Shown piece after piece: positions 17,509-36,143 of a stretch of 64,000 bases of DNA (position 1 is the first letter of the stretch; every line of letters starts with the position of its first letter). The DNA lies in the NCBI RefSeq assembly GCF_009914755.1, contig NC_060930.1; one strand, given 5' to 3'. Source of the stretch: the human T2T-CHM13v2.0 reference genome, Homo sapiens. The position numbers and the translations under genes are program-made. The notes under the pieces are model-generated. The model worked only from the letters and a program-made list of their open reading frames with translations. It searched no databases and was not told the origin of the DNA.

Positions 17509-17639
17509 ATCCGTTCTTCCCCCTCTCCTTCCTGGTCAACAGCTGGCTCCCAGGGATGCTGGATGACCTCTTTCAGTCCATGTTCCTGTGCGCCCTGCTG
17601 CTCTTCTGGCTGTGCGTGTACCACGGGATTCGTGTCCAG
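17509..17639 (+). CDS. TMEM181: TMEM181 exon (DPFFPLSFLVNSWLPGMLDDLFQSMFLCALLLFWLCVYHGIRVQ)
   Basis: ttccag|AT ... CAG|gtgagc; 131 nt, phase 1/0. Confidence 0.95.
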
Positions 17640-17834
17640 GTGAGCCGGAGCCGCCCTCACTGCCGGGGGAGGTTCCAGACTGTGTCCTCCCTCCCGAACT
17701 CTGAGGACAGCCCAGAAAGGTGAATTTATCCATGGAAGCCTGTCTGCAGGCCCATACTCAATGGAAAAATCACGTTATGTACAATTACCAATTTGGTTTT
17801 CTTTATTTCTTACTTCTTATTTTTTTCTTTTTAG

Positions 17835-17926
17835 GGAGAAAGAAAGTGTTTAACTTTCTATTTGCCTAAATTCTTCATTGTTGGACTATTGTGGTTGGCT
17901 TCTGTTACGCTAGGAATATGGCAAAC
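17835..17926 (+). CDS. TMEM181: TMEM181 exon (GERKCLTFYLPKFFIVGLLWLASVTLGIWQT)
   Basis: ttttag|GGA ... AAC|gtgagt; 92 nt, phase 0/2. Confidence 0.95.
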
Positions 17927-17960
17927 GTGAGTAATTCTATTATGTGTGAAACTTCAGTCA

Positions 17961-18496
<536 letters not shown>

Positions 18497-20889
18497 TTTT
18501 TTTTTAGACGAATAGGAGGGTGACTTTAGTCACAGGCTGCTCAAAAACACAGGCTGCAGAGAACAGGATTTGGATTGGCAAACTCATTGTACCCTCATGT
18601 CACACTCCTTCTTTGCTCCTACCTTGGAGCATTTTGGCTGGGAGGCAAAACCCCAATGCTATTACAGGCAGTCCCCTTACCCCTCATTCCACACCCACTA
18701 CCCAGAAACTGAAGCCTCATGACCCGCTTTGAGGAAAAATATCCCGTCCTGGTTTTCTGTGTTCCAGTCGGCCTTCCAAACACATCCTCCCCCTGGGACA
18801 CAGACTTCAGGCCAGCCTGTATTACGTCAGGTTGCTAGTTGCCCTTTTCTGGGAGACTCCCAATGACTGTGCCCTCTCTGCTTAAAGACTGTAGAGGCAA
18901 CTGGTGTTCTCACGCAAAGTGGCCAGGGTGTGGGAGACTAGATCTTTGACTCTGGCAGTCTCCAGGACTGTATGCAAGGCCAGGCCCAGGTGGGCATACT
19001 GGCAAAGGCTTTTGGGAACCCGGCTAGGGAGGAAGTAGGGAGCATCCGTTTCCATGATGATTCTCTCCAGTGGGATCTGCCTCAGCACTTCCCGGGCTTC
19101 TCAGGTGGAGGAGTACGTCAGGACTGCCATGAGGCCCACCGACGTTGGGAAAGTACTTCAGCAGGGGTTCCATGGCCAGGTAGCTGCAGTGAAGCAATGC
19201 TTGTGTATCTTGTAGTCAGAGAACACACATTTTCTCATGGTGTCCAGCAGATCCTCGTCAGCTTGCTGGCAGAGGATCACCAAAGCTTCTCTAGAGACGC
19301 AGCCAGCTCAAGCTGTCTCTTAAATACCTTGTGATGTTCTGGGACAGGCATGGTGCACTTGTAGGAGTAATTGAAGCCTGTTTCTCCAAATGCCACAGTC
19401 GTGGGGTGCCTTAAGGCTTGTAAAAGATTTCTTTCCTGACTCTTATTGTAGTAACATGGAAAATGAGGGTGACAGCCAAAGGCCCCCCAGACCAGATTCT
19501 CTTTCAACAGCTCCCCCCGTAGGCAATTTGTCAGGGTGAGGGTGGCAGAGGTCAGAGATGCAACCCTGAAATTCCTTAGAGAAGGAGCTGCTGTAAATTC
19601 TTCTGAACTTAGTCAAGGTCCCTTTGAAAGACAACTTGGAATACAGCATATCCAAATGACAGTGGGTATCAGTGAAGCCCTGCTCTAGGCTTGGCTCCCA
19701 GTGGCTCTTTGGCAGGGAGCTGGATGTGTGTCCTCCACAAGGACACAGAGGCATCTCCTCTTGGAATGTTCTTCTTTGCTTCACCTCTTCCTCCCGAGCT
19801 TCTGGAGAAGTGAAATGAGTGAGAATTCTGGGAGCTGCCTTCCTCTGAGGCCTCCACATCTCTGGAGATGTTATGGGCGCTCACTGCAGAGTTGGGGGAA
19901 GAATCACTCAGGCACTCGGGCTGCTCCTCCCAGCCTGTGCTGCGTCATTGCTGCTGCTGCTCACAGACAGGTAGCCGGCAGGCTTGGGGCTGCTGGTGCA
20001 CTAGCTGACATACTCACACCAAGGACTACTGTAAAAATGAGGCAGGTACATGACATAGTAGTGAAGGAAGAAGGCTCTGGAATGGCTGAGGGTTTCAGTG
20101 GGACGGGTTCCTCCTGAGAGAATCTGACCGTGGAGATCTCCAGATCAGACCAGTTGCTTCCTGAAGAGGGGTGCTCCATCACCACCTCCCTATCTTTATG
20201 CTTTCGGATTTCTAAATGAGAGAGTCATCCAGAAACTCGAGGGGTGGAGAGCATTTGTCAGTGACTGTCCTTTGGTCCCCAAGGGGCTCCTCAGTGGGTT
20301 TCTCCTGAGGGTCTGTGACTACTCTCCTGTCACAGAAGCTGCTCCTCTCTGGCACTGTCTTGTCCTTCTCCACTGACCTCTGGGATTGACTATCCTTCTC
20401 AGCAGGGGTGACTGTGACACTCCTGGCTGTTCCTTCTCAGTCTTGGCTGGTCCTTCACTCCTAGCTGGTCCTTCTCCACAACTGGGACACTCTGCTATGC
20501 TTGGTTTTGAACTAGTGACAGCCTCTCCCTTCCTTTTCGGCATTGATTTCCCTGGATGCCCTGGTTAGCCTCCAGGTAGATCATTGTGGAGCCCTGATGT
20601 CGAAGTCTATCCGTCTTCCTTTTCTGGACCTTGTTGGGTTCCTCAGTCGTATCATTCTGACTCTCAGCTTCAGTTGCAAATTAAGAGTTCATGGAATTAC
20701 GAGAACTATCTTTGGAATCAGCCTTAAAGCTGCAGGCTTCCTTTTCTAGAGAAGCTATTTCTTCTAGAAAGGGATTGGTAGGATGTGGAGGGGTTCCCCC
20801 TGACGAAAGGAATCCCTGAGTGCTCTGAATCAGGCAGCCTTTGGTGGCGGCCCCGCCCACACCTGTGCCCGAGGAATGCCGGGGAGGAA
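18497..20889 (-). pseudogene. TATDN2P2: TATDN2 processed pseudogene, 3' part (probably TATDN2P2)
   Basis: Intronless, frameshifted TATDN2-like peptides: GVGGAATKGCL, EHPSSGSNWSD, TatD motifs [28 protein letters not shown], and C-terminus RENTSCLYSL* (stop 18882-18884). Poly(A) remnant at 18497-18505. Confidence 0.93.
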
Positions 20890-21478
20890 TGTAAGAGTTA
20901 AAGAAAGGAAAGAAACAGGAAAAGCGGCTCAACAGTCAAAGACAGGTTTGTTTTGGACAATAAACCTGAGAGGGCCTTCTGGCCGAGTTAGGTCAGAGTC
21001 ACTCTCTCTTACAGGCTAAGAGTATTTAAGGGTTCAGGGCAGAAGAGGTTATCACAGGCTTGGAATGTTTCTGTATCTCTTCGCCTTGCTTATCTGGGAG
21101 GGGGAGGTTTTGTGTCTGTTCCCATACAACTCCCTGCAGCTGCAGGGATACCCCCCCCCCCACCTCCTAGTCTGCTTTTAGCTTGTCTATCTTAGCGCAT
21201 TTAAAGGGAAAGGAATGTGCTTATTAGGGCCTACTTTTTTACTGGGGCCCATTTTTGGGGGCCCATTTACACTCCCAAAACATGAGTGTGAAGTTCGGTG
21301 GTTACCCAAGAGACTTGGGTGCCCAGCTGTGCCCAGCTGTCTTATCTGTGTTTTACTGTCTACTCTTTCTGGCTGCTTTTTGTTAGAAGTGATTTCCTTG
21401 AAACGTAAGAAGTTAGAAAGGGAGCTGGAACTGAAAATGGGGGTGTTTGTCCAAGATGACGGTGCTCCTGCTCTGTCA
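20890..21478 (-). mobile_element. 3' LTR of the provirus
   Basis: On the - strand: TGACAGAGCAGGAGCACC...TTTAACTCTTACA; homologous to 30009-30569. Confidence 0.9.
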
Positions 21479-21559
21479 TTCCAGACCCTATAGTTATAAA
21501 AGGACCAGGGGCGACGTGTTCTTTCTGGTTACTTCCTGCTGGGTGGGAGAGGTAGAGAG

Positions 21560-21896
21560 TCCCTTGGTCTCGGATTGACTGCGGGAGCAATGCCGTCTGT
21601 AGATGTTTTGGATAGTTGTCTGTGAAATAGCCATGCTCCTGTCAGTTAAGAATCTTTGAAAAAGGTTAATTAGGCAGGGTAAAAACATTAGTCCTAGGCT
21701 TATTATTAGGAGAGGGCCCAGGAATGGGATGACCCATGGTATGCTTTTTGTTCCCAAACCAATAATTCATTTGGTTGTTTTGGTATTCGCTTAGCATTTT
21801 AGCCCTTTGTTTGAGATTTTTAGCAGCCTCTCTTACGAGACCTGATTGGTTGAGATAGAAGCAACATTTCTTTCCCAATGAGAGGCAGAGGCACAT
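21560..21896 (-). pseudogene. env transmembrane-subunit remnant
   Basis: CX6CC motif CLSLGKKCCFYLNQSGLVR, then a frameshifted TM segment PWVIPFLGPLLIISLGLMFLPCLINLFQRF. Confidence 0.8.
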
Positions 21897-23672
21897 GTTT
21901 GGAAAGACCCATGTGTTATTTTTTATTAGTAACTGTTATTCCTGCTGTAAGGATAGTAATTAAGCAAAATGCTACGGTAATTGAGATTGTCTGTCTGATA
22001 TCCTACCCTCAGGGTGCTGCAGTACATAGTCCTACTGCAAATAGTCCAGTAAAGCAGTTCCCGCAAGGGTGGCATGGTAAATAATTTCCATAAAAAAGCT
22101 TTAATATTTGGCTTAAAAGGAGAGGTAGAAATGACAAAAAGTACTTGGTGAGGTAAGAGTGAGACTGAGTCAGATGAGTAATTGTCACTCAGTTAGTTAT
22201 TTTTTATGATTTTCAACTTAAGATTTCTTATTTCTTTACATTGATATTTAGGACGTTCCTCTGGGCTGTTGGGATTGCTTCCTCAGCTTTTCAGGCTTTG
22301 ACTTGAGTGTGATGTATGCAGGGGTTGATTCCTGTAACAGATGTAATTTAAACTGTCGAAAACCATAAAAATTGAAAAACATCAGTCAAGACTAGAATTT
22401 AACAGGTGTGCTATAGTTTTTGAAACCTAATTTTCTCTCTCCAGTTTACCATTTTTATTAAAAGACAAATCATAATAGGACTGGTTTGCTTTATTATACT
22501 TGGCTTATTTATTTGTATACAGTGCAGCAAGAGTAATTATTTGCTACATACACCTTTTAAATTGGCTTTGATGGAACTTTTTTCCATAGAAGGAATCAGA
22601 TAAGACTTTCCAAAGCCAAACCCAGCCATGGATTTGTACCATTAAATACCTATGAGTTGGGTGAATTCCTTTCCTCTTGAGGTTTCAAGATAACTTGGGG
22701 TTCCTGGCCTGTCAGAAAGTGACATGCTTTGCTTAGCACAGGTCAGAAACTCTGTACAGGGACTGTGTACACAGAATATGAGACCAGTTTCCAAGGGCTT
22801 TCTTGGCTTCCTAAGTCAAGTTCGATTCCTTAAAGGAGAGCACACCATTCCAGTGAAAGCCTTGGCAGAATAACCAGTTTCTCCAATTGTGTTCTGTTAC
22901 GCAAGAAAATATATTCTTACCGCACTGATGCACACAACTATATTGTTGTGGTTTAAGAATACTTATAACTAGTTTTCAAATTCTAGAGGAACTAGGCAGA
23001 GAGAAACAAACATCTTTAAATCCTAATATTTACAGGAGTATATTTAGTTTAAGACAAGTTTCCTTGACTCTGGAAAATAAAATAAGGATTGGCAGTGTCC
23101 TGTTCGGATACAATCAGAAACACAATTGACAAATAAATTTGGTTATTTCTGTGGTTTACAGTAACCCAACATAACCTTACTTGTGATTAATAGCACATAT
23201 TTAGATACTAGAACCTTAGACATCCCATACAGTTTTAGAACATATGTTAATATTATTCCCTCAAATAAAACCTATTGGACATTATCTTGACAATTTCATG
23301 TACCTAAACATGTTAAATAATCCTGTTTACCTCTTTTCTGGATGCTCCAGGGGCCTTCTGCAGCACCCAAAGGCCGGGGGTTAGGAAAGACAACCTTGAG
23401 ACTAAAGTTTGATTTGGGGAAGCCTGTTAAATATGTTGAAAATTTGAAACACTTGATAGTATGAAATAGAACTTTAGATTACCATTAAGTTTTTGCTTCG
23501 CCAAAATGATGAGTTAAACATTTGAAAGCAAAAACCATTCCTCATCCTTTTTATTACATAAAAATCCTCTTTAAGAGAGAAAGTTGAATTTTATCCTTGC
23601 ATTCGTTTGCTATTAATATTAACCCTAATTTTTAATGAAACCTTATAGACAATCCTATTTAATTAAAAAAAA

Positions 23673-28695
<5,023 letters not shown>

Positions 28696-28768
28696 AGAGG
28701 AAGGAGTTTTGGAGGAAGGAGAGACCTAGGGAGGGTTTTTTGTTTTGTTTTTGTAAGAGAAGGATGTT

Positions 28769-29372
<604 letters not shown>

Positions 29373-29988
29373 TGTGGGCTGGTGAGAGGAGGCCCGGGGG
29401 GGTCTATTTTTATTAGGCATCCCCAGACAAGAGACCTGGAATCTTCTTTCCAAAGAGGACAGTTAAGCTGAGAAGAAACTGGGCGCCCCCAAGATGTCCT
29501 CTAGCTTAGTCCCACTGGTCCTCTGAGGACTGGGACGGCAGACCGAACTTTCTCAGGTACCACGAGAAAGCCAGGAGAAGGCAGATCTTACCAGTCAGCT
29601 GAATTAGTGTCTGATGTTGGATGTTCCAGTTGGAATCACCAAAGGGCTTCCCGAACCGGCATGCGTGAGGAAGAGAGAGGGAGAGGGAGAGAGAAAGAAG
29701 AGGGAGAAAGAGGGAGCAAGGGTTAGGGAGCGAAATACCCATCGCTGGTGGTTGGAGGTGGATTCCTGAGACCTGAGGGTTTTGAGAGCCCACTGGGGAG
29801 TAGCCCCCGCCCGAGCCTCGCAGTCCCCTTCAGATTAGTTGTCCTCGCACAAATTGCTGGAAAAGTGAAGTGAGAGAAAAGATGGGGTGCATGGCCAGAG
29901 ACTCTCAGGATCCAGGAGTTAACTCAGGACAAGCTGCCGCTGCCCACTGCTTCCTGGGTTGCAAGAGAGCCTCTGTCCCCAACATCTG

Positions 29989-30006
29989 TCCCGGGTTTCA
30001 GCACCA
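29989..30006 (-). other. Primer-binding site, tRNA-Phe
   Basis: TGGTGCTGAAACCCGGGA, 2 nt after the LTR; 17/18 complementary to the tRNA-Phe(GAA) 3' end (TCCCGGGTTTCGGCACCA). Confidence 0.88.
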
Positions 30007-30008
30007 AA

Positions 30009-30569
30009 TGTAAGTGTTAAAGAGGAAAGAAACACGAAAAGCAGCTCAACAGTGAAAAATAGGTTTATTTTGGACAATAAACCTGAGAGGGCCTTCTGGC
30101 CAAGTTAGGTCAGAGGCACTCTCTTACGGGCTAAGAGTATTTAAGCGTTCAGGGTGGGAGAGCTTATCACAGGCTCGAAATGTTTCTGTGTGTCTCTTTG
30201 TCTTGCTTATCTGGAAGGGAGAGTTTTGTGTCTGTTCCCCATACATCTTCCTGCAACTGCAGGCATAGCCCCCACGTCTGCTTTTAGCTTTCCTATCTTG
30301 GTGCACCTAAAGGGAAACGAATGTGCTTATTAGGACCCACTGTTCTACTGGGGCACATGGTATGAGTGTGAAGTTTGGTGCTTACCCAAGAGACTTTCCC
30401 CTCTCTGTCTGTGCCCAGCTGTGTTATCTGTGTTTTACTATCTGCTCTTTCTGGCTGCTGCTTGTTAGAATCTCGAGAAGTGATTTCCTTGAAGTGCAGG
30501 AGGTTAGAAAGGGAGCTGGCACTGAAAGTGGCAGTGTTTGTCCAAGATGAAGGTGCTCCTGCTCTGTCA
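30009..30569 (-). mobile_element. 5' LTR of the provirus
   Basis: On the - strand: TGACAGAGCAGGAGCACC...TTTAACACTTACA; immediately followed by the PBS. Confidence 0.9.
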
Positions 30570-31334
30570 AGGAGGAGGAGTTACTTCTGCGGCAGGATGA
30601 GCCCCAGGATAACCTCGGCGAAGCAAGCCACACCATCCTCTTCCTGGGTTTTCAGGCGCTTGGGGCTACCAGCCCGTCCTGAACCCAACACAGAGCTCTG
30701 AGCTGGCCAGCTGAGGGGGCCACATCACCGGACTCCCGGAGGCAGCTGCGCTTGCTGGGACACCTTCCCACATTCTGCTCTGGTGGTACCTGACCTTGTG
30801 CCAATCCAGCACCATGGACCCCCTTCCCTCTTCCTCCCACTGCCCATCACAGTTCTCACAGTTTCAGAGATGCCAGCGTGCTTTGGAGAAGTCAGAATGA
30901 TCCGATATTTACTAAAGGCTTTGGTTTGGCTTCCAAGCTCAGTGTGCTTCTGAGATCACCAAGCGCTTCTGTCTGCGCAGGCCACTTCACAGATGCCTAA
31001 CTGCTTCAGGGGCTACAGAGCAATTTGATTACTTTGCAATACAAAGTCCAGAGCTGTCAAAGCGCTTCCGAAGACCACAAAGGGCTTTAAGGTCCACACA
31101 TGGCTGCTGGACCCATGGGCTCCCGCAGCTCGCCCACCTGCCCTGGGCTGGAAGGGGCCCAAGCGCCCCTCAGAGCCAGCCGCACCCCTGAAGGCTGCCT
31201 CCGGACAGCCCACCTGGCTGCCGAGGCCCAGACACCCGCCCTGCCTGCCCCGTTGGGCCGCCCACACTGTTCTGCCCTGCCTGACCTCTGCCCAAGATGA
31301 CACCACTCTGACCTCCCCAGCGCCTGCCCTCTGG
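30570..31334 (-). pseudogene. TATDN2P2: TATDN2 processed pseudogene, 5' part (5'UTR + N-terminal codons)
   Basis: ATG at 30815, followed by CPSKRSCLRESGDVAPS and RLSWGSSCRRSNSSS, matching the TATDN2 N-terminus. ~520 nt GC-rich 5'UTR ends at the TSD 31335-31345. Confidence 0.88.
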
Positions 31335-31874
31335 TATGTTTTTCTCTATACATACATACCTATGATAAAGATTATTTGTTAGGCTAATAATAACCAATAA
31401 AATAGAAAAACTATAACAATATATTATAATAAAAGTTGTGTGACGTGCTCTCTCTTTTTCAAAATATCCTGTATTCTTATGATGATGATGTGAGATGCCC
31501 CAGTCCCTGTGTGTGGGATAAGTGAGGGGAATGGTGTAGGCATTGTGACATAGGGCTAGGCTGCTCCTGAGCTTCCTGTGATATGTCGGGAGGGTCACGC
31601 AGCCATGACAGTGTCGGTGGTTGTGTGTCAGGAGCAGATGATGTGGCCGACTGACGGGCGAGCCACGTTTGCAGCCGGGGTACACAGGACAAAGGGGTGG
31701 CACACATCCCTGGGGGGATGGTGCAGGATGTCATCGTGCTATCAGATTGGCATGCAATTTAAAACTTAGGGAATGCTTTTTTCTGGAATGTCCCATTTAA
31801 TGTTTTCTGACTGCAGCTGATCTCAGTTAACTGAAACTGCAGAAAGTGAAACCATGGGTAAGTAGGGACAGCTG
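31335..31874 (+). mobile_element. MER44-like DNA transposon, right part
   Basis: tatgtttttctctatacatacatacctatgataaag...ttaactgaaactgcagaaagtgaaaccatgggtaagtagggacagctg|TA (TIR-like end + TA). Confidence 0.8.
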
Positions 31875-32728
31875 TATGACTTGAACTGACACATTCGTTT
31901 TTGCTTAAATGAGTTGTGGAGAATCCACAATTCTACTGGTCTATGATGAAAGATGAAAAAGACCATGTCCTTTTCAATTTCTCCTTTAGAGAGGGGAGAC
32001 CTTGTTGTAGGAGTGAATCTTGGGTGGCTCCTGGCTTTCCACTGTCCACCGATGCTCTGCTGTGTCCACACACTTTCAAGCCCTATGCCCGCTCCCACGC
32101 TTGCTCTTTATGAGTGCTTTTGTCCTGTAAAATGGCCCCACAGCAGAAGCCTAGTGTGGTAGCAGCCTGGTTCACATGAATAGGACTTTCACGGAGTAGC
32201 TCCGTTTCCAGGTGTGACTTCGGAGCCCAGCATGCCTAGTTTCATGCCACAGTGACCCAAGTGAGTCACCCCGTCTGCTCCAGTCCCCTGTCCCCAATTC
32301 CCTGTCATCTCAGCCACCCATTTTCATTTTGAAAATCAATCTCATGGAAGTTTCTATTTGCTTTTATTGCTTTCTTTGTTTTCTTGTCTATTTCCTAGTA
32401 CTCATACGTGCCATTAAAAAGGTGACTGGAAAAACAGCTCTTAAAACTGCAAGAGAAATAGTGTATAGGGTTTTGTGTAATAAAAAATACTGCAACTTTC
32501 CAATACTGATAAATGTGGACCCTTGGTAGGATTGTATAGTTTTTTCATGTGAAATATGAAATTCAGGATTTCTCATAAATTTAGGACTGCTTTGTAAAAA
32601 TCCTTCACTGTTGGTAGGAAGTAGTTTATATTAATAAGTAAAAAAAACAAAAAGTCAATAAGAAAAAATGTAAAATAAAAAGTAAAGGTAGTTATTAATC
32701 TATAATTATTTATAATGTCAATTTTTAG

Positions 32729-32786
32729 AGTTAACGAATTACATGATCCAATGTACCAGTATCGAGTTGATACCGGAAATTTTCAG
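32729..32786 (+). CDS. TMEM181: TMEM181 exon (VNELHDPMYQYRVDTGNFQ)
   Basis: tttttag|A ... CAG|gtaagg; 58 nt, phase 2/0. Confidence 0.95.
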
Positions 32787-32890
32787 GTAAGGATTGTTAA
32801 TGAGGCCTGCAATTTTTCTTCTTAATGCTGTTTTGTAAAATTACTGAATTTTGTGACTTAAATTGTTCTGTTGAGCTTTTTGCTAACTGA

Positions 32891-33238
<348 letters not shown>

Positions 33239-34281
33239 AGAAAAGCTCTTTAAAACAATGTTTTTACTCCCAGTCTTTGGTTTGTGGCTGACGCAGTTTG
33301 AGGCCCTGTCACTGTGGTTCTGGTCGGCTGCTCTTCCTTCCCAGTCAGGTGTCGGGGAGAACCAGCCATGTGGGCTCTGGAACAGACCCCAGGGCCCACG
33401 TCTGTTGCTGAAGGAGACACCGGAGAGCAGAGCCTTCTCAGTGCTAAACACGCTGGTCTAGTCCAGTCCCTTTGCTTTACGTAAGGTCCCAGCTAAAGTC
33501 ACTTAGGTGCTTTTGAGAAAAATGATCCCGATTCCTGCTGTGCTGTCCTGTGCTCTGAGCCTTGACTGTAAGAGGGGAGCTCTGGCGTTGAGAGGACAGG
33601 AAAGGGGTGGGGGGATGGCGTGGGCCGGAGCCATCGAGGAGCGGGTACTGCGTCTAAAGACACTGTCCACCCCGCGGCCTGGCCCTTGTCAGAACCCACG
33701 GGCCTGCCCTCCCCATCACAGCTCCATCTTCAGAAAAGGGCTTTGGCTTGCTGTGACATTACAGAATTGTGCACTTTTAGACCTTAGGTCCTGTAGGGCA
33801 TTTAATTCAAGCCCCTCGTGTCACAGATAAGAAAACAGAGGTCGGGAATGGTTGATGGTTAAGACGGCGCGTGGATTCCCAGGGCCTAGCCTGGGTCCTT
33901 TCTTGGACACCTGCCACCTTCCCACATGCAGGGGCAGGGTGGGGAGCCAGCCCCTCGCCCCCAGAGGCGAGAGAGACAGATAGTGGCCACCGCAGTCTGA
34001 GCACCCACTGTGCCTGGACAGGTCCCTGGTGGGAGGGGTTTGGGCTCTGCTCCGCTGATTTGCAAGGCCTGGGGTGTCGTCCACCTCAGGGGAGCTGCCT
34101 GTGCTCGCAGCGGGACTGAGCAGATGGTCCCGGCTGGGAGCCCATTGTTCTGCTTCCTGGAGGGACCTTCAGGGTTGAAGTCCCTTCTAAAAACCTGTGG
34201 CTTTCCTGCCTGTGGTGGTGCGGGGAGGAGAAGGTCACAGAGGCCCTGTTCCGACTCAAGTGCTGCCTTGTGTCCTCCTAG

Positions 34282-34384
34282 GGAATGAAGGTCTTCTTCA
34301 TGGTGGTGGCAGCGGTGTACATTCTGTACCTCTTGTTCTTGATAGTGCGGGCGTGTTCCGAGCTACGTCACATGCCTTATGTGG
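34282..34384 (+). CDS. TMEM181: TMEM181 exon (GMKVFFMVVAAVYILYLLFLIVRACSELRHMPYV)
   Basis: cctag|GGA ... GTGG|gtaagt; 103 nt, phase 0/1. Confidence 0.95.
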
Positions 34385-34880
34385 GTAAGTGCTCCTTTCA
34401 GAATCGGTGCAGGGGTGGCTTGGGAGTGACTCAGGTGGGGGAAGAAGTGGTTGGAGTCTCCCAAGCCAGGGGCCTTCCTTGAGGGCCCAGGGACTGGTCC
34501 ATTCCCACAGGCTGGGGACCAGGGCACGTGGTCCCTGGGAGCCACAACAGGCCTTACAGGTTACTCTGGCATTTGGGACCATCAGAGTGGCCTGGGTCCT
34601 GCGGGACTGTACCCTGCAGAGCAGGGCGAGTCACCCTGAGCTTGCGGGATCCTTTCCTGAATCTGTCCCCACCAGAGGATGGTGGCTGTGGCCTCCCTGG
34701 ACACCATCCTGGCCCTGGGAAGGGACCAACGTTCTCCTAGGCTGCTGGCGACTCCGGCTAAGTCTGGAGGGAGGAGCATTTGTCCAAAGAGCTTTGCTTA
34801 ATTTTTGTTTTTTATTTTTCAAAATAAAATGCAAGTGGAATTTACTTCCAGAGTTGTTAATGAGTTTCTTTCTTTTTCAG

Positions 34881-34932
34881 ATCTCAGGTTGAAATTTTTG
34901 ACTGCATTGACTTTCGTAGTACTTGTCATTAG
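34881..34932 (+). CDS. TMEM181: TMEM181 exon (DLRLKFLTALTFVVLVIS)
   Basis: ttttcag|AT ... TAG|gtaaga; 52 nt, phase 1/2. Confidence 0.95.
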
Positions 34933-35924
34933 GTAAGAAGACCTTATTTCTTGAAAACAGCAAAACGGAATTTTTCTTTTACTGTCAGGAATATCTGTTG
35001 CCTCCTTTTGTGGAGTGGATTTCAGGGTACTTCTAGCCCAGTAGACTCATGAGGTTAGAGGGCCTCCCACCAAGGCTGGGCAGCCGAGAGCAGCCGTCAG
35101 CCTGGAGAGCATGTTTTTGTTGTAAGCGGCCGAGGACTGGAGCACGTTCACTTGCACACTCGGCCCGCGCTGGGCATGTTCTGTCCTTGCTGTGCCACCT
35201 GCTATGTGTGCAGCGTGCAGTCACCAGCTGGACGTAAGGGCACTGGGGACCTCGGGATCCTTGGGGTGCCCCAGGGACAGGACTCTAAGCGAGTTAGGAC
35301 AGCAAACACCCTTGAGCAGCATGCTCCATTGCTGCCATTGGGGGAGATGGGAGGCGAAGTGGGCTTGGTCCTGTTGTGTCAGGGAGTGGCGTCAGCCTGA
35401 GGTCTCCCAGGGCAGGCTCGGCCTGGCCTGAGTGCCCCAGACCTCCCTGGGGACCGGTGCTGGCCAGTTGGTAGAGGAACAGAGCGGTCTGGGAAGTTGT
35501 TTATTTGAATCGATTCCAGGTAATTGCTTGGTGGTTTATGGTTTGTCTGTTTCTCCTAAAATCAGAATCCAGAGGAGGAAAAAATCTAGCTGCTGCTTGC
35601 CTTTTTAGGTTGTTTGGATGGCAAATAAGCGGATGTTGGCCCTTTTCCTTTATGAGTGACAAGGGGCCTCTGGGAGGTCAATCCTTGTCCAAGCTTTCCA
35701 GGTGGGCTCTGGGAGTCCCCACCTTGTGGAGGGCGAGGACTGAGATAGGCATCCAAGGTCGTCCACCACCACTAGGAGTGTGAACTCAGCTCAGACTTGG
35801 ACTTGAACTCAAATTTCATTCAGCATCAAAAGTCACTCAGAATAATGCTGCATGTGTGTTGTATTAGTCTCTGTTCAGTGCTAGGTGTGCACGTTGTCTC
35901 TGTGACGTCTCATACACATGGCCA

Positions 35925-36112
35925 TACAACCTCACAACCTCACATAGAGGCTCACTCACACCTCACTCATGCCTTCACTCACAACTGACCCACCCTCACA
36001 CACACACCTTCACACACACCCTCATTTTCACACATCCTCACACCCTCACTCTCACACTCTCACACCCCCACACCTTCACTCACACACCCTCACCCTCATT
36101 CTCACCCTCATT

Positions 36113-36143
<31 letters not shown>

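Noticed and set aside
18882-20932. Functional TatD nuclease gene
   Set aside because: Multiple frameshifts and stops, no introns, poly(A) + TSD, and the N-terminus is separated by ~9.7 kb of inserts.
21494-21896. Domesticated syncytin-like env
   Set aside because: Only a short frameshifted TM remnant remains; no SU, fusion peptide or long ORF.
29989-30006. tRNA-Phe gene
   Set aside because: Only an 18-nt match to the tRNA 3' end (including CCA) next to an LTR, so it is a primer-binding site rather than a tRNA.
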